Assembly: GCA_002269645.1 (NCBI GenBank)
Contig: NIVC01001426.1
Location: forward strand, 62,001 to 126,000
Direction: 5' to 3'
DNA: 64,000 nucleotides
Origin: Macrostomum lignano
Taxonomy: Eukaryota
Of the stretch, positions 12,801 through 26,207 are shown in pieces. The translations under genes and the position numbers were made by a program. The stretch's first letter is position 1, and the number at the start of each line of letters is the position of its first letter. The notes beneath the pieces are model-generated. The model was not told the DNA's origin. It did not search any database and worked only from the letters and a program-made list of their open reading frames with translations.

Positions 12801-15800
12801 GCCTCCCAGATCCTCAGTCGCTGGGCCAGCCTTCCAGATCCTTAGTTGCTGGGCCAGCCTCCCAGATCCTTAGTTGCTGGGCCAGCCTCCCAGATCCTCA
12901 GATGCTGGGCCAGCCTCCCAGATCCTTAGTTGCTGGGCCAGCCTTCCAGATCCTTAGTTGCTGGGCCAGCCTCCCAGATCCTCAGTTGCTGGGCCAGCCT
13001 CCCTGATCCTCAGTTGGTGGGCCAGCCTCCCAGATCCTCAGATGCTGGGCCAGCCTCCCAGATCCTTAGTTGCTGGGCCAGCCTTCCAGATCCTTAGTTG
13101 CTGGGCCAGCCTCCCAGATCCTCAGTTGCTGGGCCAGCCTCCCAGATCCTCAGTCGCTAGGCCAGCCTCCCAGATCCTCAGTCGCTAGGCCAGCCTCCCA
13201 GATCCTCAGTCGCTGGGCCAGCCTCCCAGATCCTTAGTTGCTGGGCCAGCCTTCCAGATCCTTAGTTGCTGGGCCAGCCTCCCAGATCCTCAGATGCTGG
13301 GCCAGCCTCCCAGAGTGTCAGTTGCTGGGCCAGCCTCCCAGATCCTCAGTTGCTGGGCCAGCCTCCCAGATCCTCAGTTGGTGGGCCAGCCTTCCAGATC
13401 CTCAGTTGCTGGGCCAGCCTCCCAGATCCTTAGTTGCTGGGCCAGCCTCCCAGATCCTCAGTTGGTGGGCCAGCCTCCCAGATCCTCAGTTGGTGGGCCA
13501 GCCTCCCAGATCCTCAGATGCTGGGCCAGCCTCCCAGATCCTCAGATGCTGGGCCAGCCTCCCAGATCCTCAGTTGCTGGGCCAGCCTCCCAGATCCTCA
13601 GATGCTGGACCAGCCTTCCAGATCCTCAGTTGCTGGGCCAGCCTCCCAAATCCTCAGTTGCTGGGCCAGCCTCCCAGATCCTCAGATGCTGGGCCAGCCT
13701 CCCAGATCCTCAGATGCTGGGCCAGCCTCCCAGATCCTCAGATGCTGGGCCAGCCTCCCAGATCCTCAGATGCTTGACCAGCCTTCCAGATCCTTAGTTG
13801 CTGGGCCAGCCTCCCAGATCCTCAGTTGCTGGGCCAGCCTCCCTGATCCTCAGTTGCTGGGCCAGCCTCCCAGATCCTCAGATGCTGGGCCAGCCTCCCA
13901 GATCCTTAGTTGCTGGGCCAGCCTTCCAGATCCTTAGTTGCTGGGCCAGCCTCCCAGATCCTCAGATGCTGGGCCAGCCTCCCAGAGTGTCAGTTGCTGG
14001 GCCAGCCTCCCAGATCCTCAGATGCTGGGCAAGCCTCCCAGATCCTTAGTTGCTGGGCCAGCCTTCCGGATCCTCAGTTGCTGGGCCAGCCTCCCAGATC
14101 CTCAGATGCTGGGCCAGCCTCCCAGATCCTCAGATGCTGGGCCAGCCTCCCAGATCCTCAGTCGCTGGGCCAGCCTCCCAGATCCTTAGTTGCTGGGCCA
14201 GCCTCCCAGATCCTCAGATGCTGGGCCAGCCTCCCAGATCCTCAGCTGTGGCTATTTATATCGCCACTGGAATCATGTCTCCAATCTCACCAATTCTTCC
14301 GTCAAAGGTTCGTCTGGAGCGCAAGATGCCGCAGCGCCTGGCGGGCTCAATCGTGTACTGCACCGTTGGCATTCTGCTGCGATGGCTGGAAAGTGACCCG
14401 TCACTGGCCAGCGTCAGCCATCTGATTGTTGACGAGGTGACGTGAAATTCTTTCATATTGTACGAGTATATTATCTAGTTGGTTAGAGCGTCGGACTCAA
14501 GACTGAAATGAGATTTGACTCTGACATAGTTGCGCCTGAGCACATCCGGCCCATTATTCCAGTGCATGTACATCTGTTGACTCGTCAAACTTGTCAGGTA
14601 CACGAGCGCAGCGCGGAGACGGACTTACTGCTCGCTGAATTAAAGAGAACAATCTTGCCTAGCCGACCAGATCTCAAACTCGTGCTCATGTCTGCCACGC
14701 TAGACGCCGAACAGTTCTGCCGCTACTTCGGGCCGTCAAGCGAAAGCGCGTCAGTTGAAGGCCGCCTGTACCCGGTTAAAGTTCGCTCTCTGGAACAGTG
14801 CCTTAGCGAGTCGAATTTTGAATTCTTCTCAAAATCGGGCTCCAATTTGACCAGCCTGGCCAATAAGAATCGGCAGGCAATGCAGAATCGGCTGAGGTCG
14901 GATCGGATCGCTCCGCGCGAAGCTCGATCCCGATTGGCTGAGCGGGAACGCGAGCTCCGATTGGCTGCCAATGAGGCTGTGAAGAAGTTTCAATTGTCAT
15001 CCAGCCATGCGGATCTGCTGGTTGCTATGGGCTGCGAGGAGCCGCCCGTGGAACTGGTGGCTCACATGATTAGTTACGTGCATAGGACACAGCCGGCTGG
15101 GGCTGTGCTAGTCTTTGTGCCCGGAATGAAGCAGATTAAGGATTTAATTACGCTGCTGGTAATCAAATATTCTGTGATTTTATCTTTCATTTTTAGTATC
15201 CGAATTTAGTTTATGGACTAGCAATCTAAGTGCCCCCCTTCGGGACACTTAGGAGGAGCAAGGAGCAAAAATTAGTCATGCAAATCCATTAAAAAAGCAA
15301 ATTTTAGCAACCAATTCCTTCTTCAGCTTTATAATCACCTTATTCCAGTAAAATTGTCACGGACCAAGATGCTTGCTATGAATCTCTTTTTTTTCTAAAA
15401 GTAACTAAACGACAACATAAAAAGCCTTCACAAAGATAGCAGGCATTTCCCCTAAATAGAGAGCATCCCCCAGATAGCAAGCATCCTCCAGATAGCAAGC
15501 ATCCCCCAGATAGCAAGCATCCCCCAGATAGCAAGCATCCCCCAGATAGCAAGCATCCCCCAGATAGCAAGCATCCCCCAGACAGCAAGCATCCCCCAGA
15601 TAGCAAGCATCCCCCCAAATGGCAAGCACCCCCAGATAGCAAGCTTCCTCCGATAGCAAGCATCCCTCCGATAGCAAGCATCCCTTCGATAGCAAGCATC
15701 CCTTCGATAGCAAGCATCCCTCCGATAGCAAGCATCCCTTCGATAGCAAGCATCCCCCAGATAGCAAGCATCCCCCCGATAGCAAGCATCTGCAGATAGC

Positions 15801-18800
15801 AAGCATCCCCCAGATAGCAAGCATCCCCCAGATAGCAAGCATCCCCCAGATAGCAAGCATCCCCAGATAGCAAGCATCCCCCAGATAGCGAGCATCCCCC
15901 AGATAGCAAGCATCCCCCAGATAGCAAGCATCCCCCAGATAGTAAGCACCCCGGGCCCCCAGATAGCAAGCGTGTCCCCCCCCTACTGTGTATTGGGAAT
16001 TCCTGTAGAATACCCTGTTCCAGCTGGTTCGGTACCTTACTATTTGATTCGTAATGGGAAAATGTGGTACATAATTTCTGACAGGTACCTTACTACTTGT
16101 TTTGCAATTGAAAATTTGAGTATGTACGTAATTTTCAATTACTACTCACTATTTAAGCATTTGGGCCATAGACTAAAGGCAGCAGTTGTTTTGAGTGCAG
16201 CGCTCTGCCACTCTGGATTAAGTCAACTGCTCCTAAGCTCAAATTATAAAAATTAAGTAGGAAAATATTTTTAATACTAGGCACGTATTAACTGCACTAC
16301 TTGTAGTAGAAATCCTAGTTTTTAGCTATAAAAATTAGTCAGGACGCAATAAAACACCAAATGATATTATTTATGAACCAACCATTAAAATCGGGCAGAA
16401 CTCCGACTCCGCCTGCTCCAATGGTTGTCACGTACTGCCTCTGCACTCTCGTCTGCCCAGCCGGGATCAGCGCCAGGTATTCCTACCTGCACCAGCCGGC
16501 AAAAGAAAGGTAGTATTGGCTACTAATATTGCTGAGACTTCCCTCACCATTGACGACGTTGTGTACGTGATTGACACCGGCTTTGCTAAGCTGTCCGGCT
16601 ATCATCATTTGGCCATGTCCGACAGCCTGTCAGCCAGTCCCATCAGTCTGGACAATGCTCGACAACGCGAAGGTCGAGCTGGTCGAGTGCAGCCTGGCGT
16701 CTGCTATCGATTGTATTCGAAATTTGCCGAATCCAGAATGCCGCATAGGTTACCGCCGGAAGTGCTCAGATTGAGTCTGGAGGATTTCCTGTTGCATGTA
16801 AATCATTTTAAAATGTTTGTAATTAGACAGGGTGTCTGTGATTAGCCTGGAGTGTCTGTGATTAGTCTGGGTTGTCTGTGATTAGTCTGGGTTGTCTGTG
16901 ATTAGTCTGGGGTGTCTGTGCTTAGTCTGGGGTGTCTGTCATTAGTCTGGGGTGTCTGTGCTTAGTCTGGGGTGTCTGTCATTAGTCTGGGGTGTCTGTG
17001 CTTAGTCTGGGGTGTCTGTGATTAGTCTGGGGTGTCTGTGTTTAGTCTGGGGTGTCTGTGCTTAGTCTGGGGTGTCTGTGATTAGTCTGGGGTGTCTGTG
17101 TTTAGTCTGGGGTGTCTGTGTTTAGTCTGGGTGTCTGTGATTAGTCTGGGGTGTCTGTGATTAGTCTGGGGTGTCTGTGATTAGTCTGGGGTGTCTGTGA
17201 TTAGTCTGGGGTGTCTGTGATTAGTCTGGGGTGTCTGTGATTAGTCTGGGGTGTCTGTGATTAGTCTGGGGTGTCTGTGATTAGTCTGGGGTGTCTGTGC
17301 TTAGTCTGGGGTGTCTGTGCTTAGTCTGGGGTGTCTGTGATTAGTCTGGGGTGTCTGTGCTTAGTCTGGGGTGTCTGTGATTAGTCTGGGGTGTCTGTGT
17401 TTAGTCTGGGGTGTCTGTGTTTAGTCTGGGGTGTCTGTGTTTAGTCTGGGGTGTCTGTGATTAGCCTGGGGTGTCTGTGATTAGTCTGGGGTGTCTGTGA
17501 TTAGTCTGGGTTGTCTGTGATTAGTCTGGGGTGTCTGTGATTAGTCTGGGGTGTCTGTGCTTAGTCTGGGGTGTCTGTGATTAGTCTGGAGTGTCTGTGC
17601 TTATTCTGGATGTTTGTGATTAGCCTGGATATCTGTGATTAGCCTGGATATCTGTGATTAGCCTGGGGTGTCTGCGATTAGCTTAAGGTGTCTGTGATTA
17701 GTCTGGAGTGTCTGTGCTTATTCTGGATGTCTGTGATTAGCCTGGATATCTGTGATTAGCCTGGATATCTGTGATTAGCCTGGGGTGTCTGCGATTAGCT
17801 TAAGGTGTCTGTGATTAGTCTGGAGTGTCTGTGCTTATTCTGGATGTCTGTGATTAGCCTGGATATCTGTGATTAGCCTGGATATCTGTGATTAGCCTGG
17901 GGTGTCTGCGATTAGCTTAAGGTGTCTGTGATTAGTCTGGGGTGTCTGTGACTACCTGGGATGTCCGTGATAGTCTTCAAACGTACTTAACCTTAGTCTT
18001 AACCTTGTAGCCTTCAAATCCCCGTCGCCCAGGTAAAGCTGCTCCACCCGGACCTACCCGCCGCCGAGTTCCTGGCGCAGATGCCGGACCCGCCGCCTCA
18101 GGAGCACGTACGTCAGGCTCAACACCTGCTCCAGGAGCTCGGCGCCCTGACACCCGACGAGGAGCTCACGCCAATGGGAAGGCACATTGCTCGCCTACCT
18201 CTACCCTGCCAGCTAGCCAAGATGGTGCTGCTGGCGGTCTGTTTCTCCTGCTTGGACCCGGTGCTGACCATCGCCGCTTCTCTGTCGCATCGCACGCCAT
18301 TCGAGACACCGCTAGGCGCCGAGCAAGAAGTGAAACAGTGCAAAATGCAATTAGCCGAAGGCTGCGAGTCCGACCACCTGTTGCTCTGGTTGGCCTACAA
18401 AGCTTGGTATCGGACCAAGCGCAACAGAGGGCTGAATGCCGCCTACGATTTTGCTAGGCGAAATTATTTGTCCCCAACTGTACTGCAGACGATCGAGGAA
18501 TTGAAGGCGCAACTGACCGACCAGCTAGCCCAGTACATGTCCATGAGCGATCAGTTCTACGACGAAGAAGCTCAATCAGAGTCTTCCGTGTCTGACCAAT
18601 CTGTAAATCGGTCTGACGAATCTGTAAATCGGTTTGATCAATCTGTAAATCGGTTTGATCAATCTGTAAATCGTTCAGACCAATCTGTAAATCGTTCAGA
18701 CCAATCTGTAAATCGGTCTGACCAATCTGTAAATCGGTCTGACCAATCTGTAAATCGGTCTGACCAATCTGCAAAGCCACTCACACTTCGCCGAAGCCGA

Positions 18801-20444
18801 TCAACTCCCTCTATTCAGTTGACATCTGATCATCCGCTGTTGAATCGCAACAGTCACCGATTAGAACTGATCCGCGCCGTGGTCACCGCCGGTCTCTATC
18901 CCAATATAGTTCGCTGCAAATCCCTCAAATCGAAGAAAGCCGTCGGCAGACCCGGCGAGCCGTCTTACGAACTGCCGCAATGCAGCGTCGCCTGCGGATT
19001 TGAAGAGCCGGCCTGGCTGGCCTACTTTGAGAAATGCTTGCTGAACGACAGGCGCACAGTGTCGCTGTTTGACGCCTCCCTGACCCGGCCGATCCACCTG
19101 CTGTTCTGCTGCGCCCAGGCTCGGCACTCGCACGAATGCGGCGTTCAACTGGCCGTGCTGGACGACTGGATCCGGCTGGCTGCCACACCCGCCGCCTTCT
19201 CCACAGTGCTGGTGCGTGCTGCGGACTGGCGGGCAGACAGACAGTCATTGAGACCTCTGAGACACTCGGACACTAAGACATTTATGCATTGAGACACTAG
19301 GACATTGAGACACTAGGACATTGAGACACTAGGACATTGAGACACTAGGTCATTGAGACACTAGGTCATTGAGACACCAGGACATTGAGACACTAGGTCA
19401 TTGAGACACCAGGACATTGAGACACTAGGACATTGAGACACTAGGACATTGAGACACTAGGTCATTGAGACACTAGGTCATTGAGACACCAGGACATTGA
19501 GACACTAGGTCATTGAGACACTAGGTCATTGAGACACTAGGACATTGAGACACTAGGACATTGAGACACCAGGACATTGAGACACTAGGTCATTGAGACA
19601 CTAGGACATTGAGACACTAGGACATTGAGACACTAGGTCATTGAGACACCAGGACATTGAGACACTAGGACATTGAGACACTAGGACATTGAGACACTAG
19701 GTCATTGAGACACTAGGTCATTGAGACACCAGGACATTGAGACACTAGGTCATTGAGACACTAGGTCATTGAGACACTAGGACATTGAGACACTAGGACA
19801 TTGAGACACCAGGACATTGAGACACTAGGTCATTGAGACACTAGGACATTGAGACACTAGGACATTGAGACACCAGGACATTGAGACACTAGGACATTGA
19901 GACACCAGGTCATTGAGACACTAGGACATTAAAACATTAAAACACTGGGACATCGAGACACCAAGACATTGTGACTGTAGGCCATTGAGACTCTAGAACA
20001 TGAAGACACTAGTACAATGGGACACTAAGACATCGAGACACTAGGACATAAAGACACGAGGACACTAAAATACTAGAATATTAAGACACTATGACACCAA
20101 AACCCTGGGAACACACGGACACCAGGGACACTTGAATTAAGATATCAGGACATTAAAACAATAATTCGATCCCATCGCTGATTTAAAAATCTATTCTCGT
20201 TCTCGATAATGCATGCAAAATACAAAAGTTTTATCCCCCCACCCCTCATCAAAGCTTCACATTCCACCCCCCGACATCATTTCAGGTTCTCCGCCACCGT
20301 CTCGACCTGCTGTTGGCCGATCTGATCCACAGGCCCGGCCGCTGTCTGAAAATCTGGTCGGCCGAGGCTGCCAACGACTCTCAAACGGCTTTCGATGCTC
20401 AAATTCTGAATGCCATCGCCGATCTTCTGGCTGGTGACGAGTGA
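9808..20444 (+). CDS. DHX36: DEAH-box RNA/G-quadruplex helicase DHX36 (RHAU), apparently complete
   Basis: Exons 10149-10726, 11142-11342, 14308-14436, 14598-15158, 16399-16797, 18033-19211, 20286-20444, plus a probable upstream exon ending 9808 that supplies the A of the ATG. RSM motif [69 protein letters not shown]2 and OB-like C-terminus ending [10 protein letters not shown]. All six coding introns are GT-AG, phase 0. Confidence 0.93.
10760..11065. repeat. 22-bp minisatellite in a DHX36 intron
   Basis: Unit CTGTCTGTGTTTTATGTGCTGC. Confidence 0.9.
11375..14247. repeat. 28-bp minisatellite, about 100 copies, in a DHX36 intron
   Basis: Unit GCTGGGCCAGCCTCCCAGATCCTCAGTT; recurring variant units suggest higher-order duplication. 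Confidence 0.95.
15218..15972 (-). mobile_element. Helitron 3' end carrying an 18-bp minisatellite array (15430-15972) in a DHX36 intron
   Basis: Minus strand ends hairpin (CTAAGTGTCCC..GGGGGGCACTTAG) + ATTGCTAG|T; upstream array unit GGGGGATGCTTGCTATCT, the same family as 48604-49860. Confidence 0.65.
16830..17960. repeat. 20-bp minisatellite in a DHX36 intron, with a roughly 120-bp higher-order repeat at its 3' end
   Basis: Unit GTGTCTGTGATTAGTCTGGG. Confidence 0.95.
18591..18770 (+). repeat. In-frame 21-bp coding repeat (SDQSVNR, 8 full copies plus a partial) inside a DHX36 exon
   Basis: Unit TCTGACCAATCTGTAAATCGG within the open 18033-19211 exon. Confidence 0.85.
19255..20150. repeat. 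16-bp minisatellite in the last DHX36 intron
   Basis: Unit GGACATTGAGACACTA, decaying towards the 3' end. Confidence 0.93.
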
Positions 20445-20454
20445 CCGCTAGCTT

Positions 20455-21220
20455 GATAGGTGATGAATGGCTTGATTGATAGGTGATTGATGGCTTGATT
20501 GACAGGTGATAAATGGCTTGATTGATAGGTGATTGATGGCTTGATTGATAGGTGATAAATGGCTTGATTGATAGGTGATTGGTTGCTTGGTTGATAGGTG
20601 ATTAATGGCTTGATTGATAGGTGATTGATGGCTTGATTGACAGGTGGTTGATGGTTTGTTTGATAGGTGATTATTGCTTGATTGATAGGTGGTTGATGGC
20701 TCGATTGATAGGTGATTGATGGCCTGTTTGATAGGTGATTGATGCTTGATTGATTGGTGATTAATGGGTATTGTTTGATAGATGGTTGATGGCTTGATTG
20801 ATAGGCGGTTGATGGCTTGTTTGATAGGTGATTGATGCTTGATTGATTGGTGATTAATGGGTATTGTTTGATAGATGGTTGATGGCTTGATTGATAGGCG
20901 GTTGATGGCTTGTTTGATAGGTGATTGATGCTTGATTGATAGTTGATTAATGGGTATTGTTTGATAGATGATTGATGGCTTGATTGATAGGCGGTTGATG
21001 GCTTGATTGATGGGTGATTGATGGCTTGTTTGATAGGTGATTGATGCTTGATTGATAGGTGATTGATGGCTTGATTGATAGGTGATTGATGGCTTGATTG
21101 ATAGGTGATTAATGGCTTGATTGATAGGTGATTAATGGCTTGATTGATAGGTGATTGATGGCTTGATTGATAGGTGATTGATGGCTTGCTTGACAGGTGC
21201 TTGATGGCTTGATTGATGAA
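20455..21220. repeat. 23-bp minisatellite immediately after the DHX36 stop codon
   Basis: Unit GATTGATGGCTTGATTGATAGGT. Confidence 0.92.
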
Positions 21221-21611
21221 CAATAGGTTTTGAATAAAGTTTATTTAAACGGGTTAAAATTCTGCTTATTTTAGTTGTCAGTCTCTAGATTAGCCTTGGT
21301 ACAGATAGACATAAAATACTTTCTAATTGTTATCCACTTCTTTTTTGTTAGTCCCCAACTCTCTTAAGTAAAACGAGTAACACATGCTTATTTGTTTGCA
21401 CTGTAGTGACTGACAGCTCTTCTGACGGCAATTCTATCTGAACTGTTATTTAAAAAACATCGCTAAAATGGATTTTCATTTAATATACGAGAATATGTCC
21501 CCATCGTTTTTGCATTTTTTATTTATGCATTCTAAATAAAAAAATTATTAATCCTTAACGTTGTTACAGAATTGATACATTTCCGTCTTTTTAATTGTTC
21601 GTCTTGTCCTG

Positions 21612-22700
21612 GTGTACACTGGCTTTCCGCTGACCATCATCCCCAATGTACACTGGCTTTCCGCTGACCATCATCCCCAATATACACTGGCTTTCCCCTG
21701 ACTCTCATCCCCAATGTACACTGGCTTTCCGCTGACCCTCATCCCCAATGTACACTGGCTTTCCCCTGACCATCATCCCCAATGTACACTGGCTTTCGCC
21801 TGACTCTCATCCCCAATGTACACTGGCTTTCGCCCGACCCTCATCCCCAATGTACACTGGCTTTCGCCTGACCATCATCCCCAATGTACACTGGCTTTCG
21901 CCTGACCATCATCCCCAATGTACACTGGCTCTCCCCTGACCCTCATCCCCAATGTACACTGGCTTTCGCCTGACCATCATCCCCAATGTACACTGGCTCT
22001 CCCCTGACCCTCATCCCCAAACACTGGCTCTTCCCGACCCTCATCCCCAATGTACACTGGCTCTCCCCTGACCCTCATCCCCAATGTACACTGGCTTTCG
22101 CCTGACGCTCATCCCTAATGTACACTGGCTTTCGCCTGACCCTCATCCCCAATGTACACTGGCTCTCCCCTGACCCTCATCCCCAAACACTGGCTCTTCC
22201 CGACCCTCATCCCCAATGTACACTGGCTCTCCCCTGACCCTCATCCCCAATGTACACTGGCTTTCGCCTGACGCTCATCCCCAATGTACACTGGCTCTCT
22301 CCGACCCTCATCCCTAATGTACACTGGCTCTCCCCTGACTCTCATCCCCAATGTACACTGGCTTTCGCCTGACCCTCATCCCCAATGTACACTGGCTTTC
22401 CCCTGACCCTCATCCCCAATGTACACTGGCTTTCCCCTGACCATCATCTCCAATGTACACTGGCTTTCACCTGATCATCATCCCCAACGTACACTGGCTT
22501 TCCCCTGACCATCATCCCCAATGTACACTGGCTCTCCCCTGACCCTCATCCCCAATGTACACTGGCTTTCGCCTGACCCTCATCCTTAATGTACACTGGC
22601 TTTCGCCTGACCCTCATCCCCAATGTACACTGGCTCTCCCCGACCCTCATCCCCAATGTACACTGGCTCTCCCCGACCCTCATCCCCAATGTACACTCTC
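21612..22700. repeat. 34-bp minisatellite between DHX36 and PXMP2
   Basis: Unit CCCTCATCCCCAATGTACACTGGCTTTCGCCTGA. Confidence 0.93.
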
Positions 22701-22780
22701 ATTACCTCGCTCTCCACCCGCCCTCACCACCAATGTACGTTAATGAGCTGTCCTTACCGAGTCTCTTGAACACAGTTGCT

Positions 22781-25700
22781 ATGTCCACCAAATCTTCGCA
22801 TAGCCCAGCCCCGGGCAAGAAAGGCGGAAGCGATGGCGGTAAAGCTGATGAGTCCTTGATGGCTACTATTATGAGTCTAATTAAAAAGTACGACCGACTG
22901 CTCAACGAACGACCTTTGCTTACAAAAGCTGCGACAAGGTTGGATTATTTTTTGGATCTTATGTTATTGGACTTTTCTATATAAATATAGGATTATATCT
23001 AGGATTATAGGATTATAGGATTAGGATTATAGGATTATAATCGAGAGGGATCAGGTGACCCGTGTCAGTGAAGGTAGCAGTTAGATGAGCCCCTTTATGT
23101 AAATGTACAAGGGTCAAGATATAAATCTAAGGAATGACACTGTGACTATAGTATGCCATGATCAGTTGAGAGGGCAAGTAACCGGCCCCTTGCCAGTGTG
23201 AATTAATGATCTTAGCGTAAGAAAATAGAATCAGTGATGATGGATTTGAATCGTCAGGTGACCCGTGTCAGTGAAGGATATGAATCGGGAGGGGTCAGGT
23301 GACCCGTGTCAGTGAAGTATATGAATCGAGAGGGATCAGGTGACCCGTGTCAGTGAAGGATATGAATCGAGAGGGATCAGGTGACCCGTGTCAGTGAAGT
23401 ATATGAATCGGGAGGGGTCAGGTGACCCGTGTCAGTGAAGTATATGAATCGGGAGGGGTCAGGTGACCCGTGTCAGTGAAGTATATGAATCGGGAGGGAT
23501 CAGGTGACCCGTGTCAGTGAAGTATATGAATCGGGAGGGATCAGGTGACCCGTGTCAGTGAAGTATATGAATCGGTAGGGGTCAGGTGACCCGTGTCAGT
23601 GAAGTATATGAATCGGGAGGGATCAGGTGACCCGTGTCAGTGAAGTATATGAATCGAGAGGGATCAGGTGACCCGTGTCAGTGAAGGATATGAATCGAAA
23701 GGGATCAGGTGACCTCTGTCAGTGAAGGATACGAATCGAGAGGGATCAGGTAACCCTTGTCAGTGAAGGATATGAATCGGGAGGGATCAGGTGATCCCTG
23801 TCTGAAGTATATGAATCGGGAGGGGTCAGGTGACCCCTGTCAGTGAAGTATATGAATCGGGAGGGTCAATGACCCCTGTCAGTGAAGTATATGAATCGGG
23901 AGGGGTCAGGTGACCCCTGTTAGTGAAGTATATGAATCGGGAGGGGTCAGGAGACCTCTGTCAGTGAAGTATATGAATCGGGAGGAGTCAGATGATCCCT
24001 GTCTGAAGTATATGAATCGGGAGGGGTCAGGTGACCCCTGTCAGTGAAGTATATGAATCGGGAGGGTCAATGACCCCTGTCAGTGAAGTATATGAATCGG
24101 GAAGGGTCAGGTGACCCCTGTTAGTGAAGTATATGAATCGGGAGGGGTCAGGAGACCTCTGTCAGTGAAGTATATGAATCGGGAGGAGTCAGATGATCCC
24201 TGTCTGAAGTATATGAATCGGGAGGGGTCAGGTGACCCCTGTCAGTGAAGTATATGAATCGGGAGGGTCAATGACCCCTGTCAGTGAAGTATATGAATCG
24301 AGAGGGTCATATGACCCCTGTCAGTGAAGTATATGATTTGGGAGGGTCATATGACCCCTGTCTGAAGTATATGAATCGGGAGGGGTCAGGTGACCCCTGT
24401 CAGTGAAGAATATGAATCGGGAGGGTCAGGTGACCCCTGTCAGTGAAGTATATGAAACGGGAGGGGTCAGGTGACCCCTTCTGTGAAGGATATGAATCGA
24501 GAGGGGTCAGGTGACACCTTTGAACCAAAGAGTGTGAGATAATATAAGCTAGCAGTGAGCCGAATGGTTGCGGGTCACAAATCCAATGATTTATATTCAA
24601 GCTTCACCCCTCAACAACCATCCGTCATCTTAGCGGCACAATTTTCGGCCTAGGCGACATTCTGTCACAGCTGATCGCGCCCAAACCCGGCACTGGCGGC
24701 CAGTTCAGCCTGAGAAGCACCTTCGCTTATTCAGCCTTTGGCTTCTTTATTTCTGGCCCGTTGATTCACGCTTTCTATCGCCAGTTGGACAGGGCTCTGC
24801 CCAAGGACTCTGACCAACAGTTTGTAGCGTTGAAACGCACTCTGATTGACAGGCTGCTGTTGGCACCGCCTTACCTGCTGTTGCTCTACTATTCAGTGCC
24901 GCTGTTCGAGGTGAGACTGAGAGGTAGATGGAGATTAGTTGGATATGGTAGATAGATAGGGTAGATGGAGATTGGGTACGTAGGGATTGGGTAGATGGAG
25001 ATTGGTAGATAAGGATAGACTAGATAGGGAATGGGTAGATGGAAATTTGGTAGATGGAGATGGGGTAGATAAGGGATAGAGTAGATGGAGATTGGGTAGA
25101 TAAGGGATAGAGTAGATGGAGATTGGGTAGATAGGAATTGGGTAGATAGGGATTAGGTAGATAGGGATAGGGTAGATAGGGATTGGGTAGATAGGGATTG
25201 GGTAGATGGATATTAGGTAGATAAGGGATTAGGTACTCGTAGATAGGGATTAGGTAGATAGGGATTGTGTAGATAGGGATTGGGTAGATAAGGATTGGGT
25301 AGATAAGGGATTAGGTACTCGTAGATAGGGATTAGGTAGATAGGGATTGTGTAGATAGGGATTGGGTAGATAAGGATTGGGTAGATAGGAATTGGGTAGA
25401 TAGGAATTGGGTAGATAGGGATTAGGCAGATAGGGATTGGGTAGATAGGGATTGGGTAGATAGGGATTGGGTAAATAGGGATTGGGTAAATAGGGATTAG
25501 GTAGATAGGGATTGGGTAGATAGGAATTGGGTAGATAGGGATTAGGTAGATAGGGATTGGGTAGATAGGAATTGGGTAGATAGGGATTGGGTAGGTAGGA
25601 ATTGGGTATATAGGGATTAGGTAGATAGGGATTGGGTAGATAGGGATTGGGTAGATAGGGATTGGGTAGATAGGGATTGGGTAGATAGGGATTGGGTAGA

Positions 25701-26207
25701 TAGGGATTAGGTAGATAGGGATTGGGTAGATAGGAATTGGGTAGATAGGGATTGGGTAGGTAGGAATTGGGTATATAGGGATTAGGTAGATAGGGATTGG
25801 GTAGATAGGGATTGGGTAGATAGGGATTGGGTAGATAGGGATTGGGTAGATGTAGATTGGGACACGAATGGCTACTAATGCTAAGTAGAAAAGTGATAAT
25901 AGAGTATTTAATTCGGACAAAATCTTTAATCTCGCAGGGCCGATCCTTGGCGTTCGCGCACGCCAAAGTCAAGGACAGCTTCTTAGACGTGCTGAAAATG
26001 AACGTGAAGATCTGGTCCCTGTTCCAGTTCATTAATATCAACTATGTACCGCAAAAGGTGAGTCTTTGCTTTTGAACATTGTGTATGCATGAGTCTTTGT
26101 GAATATATATTATATATAATTTGTATTAATAATTTCAGTACCGAGTGCTGTTCATGTGCGGCCTGTCTCTTCTGTGGAATATTTACGTTGCTATTAAACG
26201 GCGCTGA
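22781..26207 (+). CDS. PXMP2: Peroxisomal membrane protein 2 (Mpv17/PMP22 family), 4 exons
   Basis: Exons 22781-22938, 24634-24910, 25938-26057, 26139-26207 (intron phases 2, 0, 0). Motifs PLLTKAATSG, GDILSQ, GPLIHAFY, IDRLLLAP, NVKIWSLFQFININYVP, YRVLF match the PXMP2 pattern. Confidence 0.9.
23040..24520. repeat. 41-bp minisatellite in PXMP2 intron 1
   Basis: Unit GAATCGGGAGGGGTCAGGTGACCCGTGTCAGTGAAGTATAT. Confidence 0.94.
24925..25862. repeat. 15-bp G-rich minisatellite in PXMP2 intron 2
   Basis: Unit GATTGGGTAGATAGG. Confidence 0.94.

Noticed and set aside
20213-20437. Apparent frameshift in the last DHX36 exon suggested by the ORF track
   Set aside because: Reading from the acceptor at 20286 gives an uninterrupted frame to TGA at 20442-20444 with the conserved C-terminal helix.
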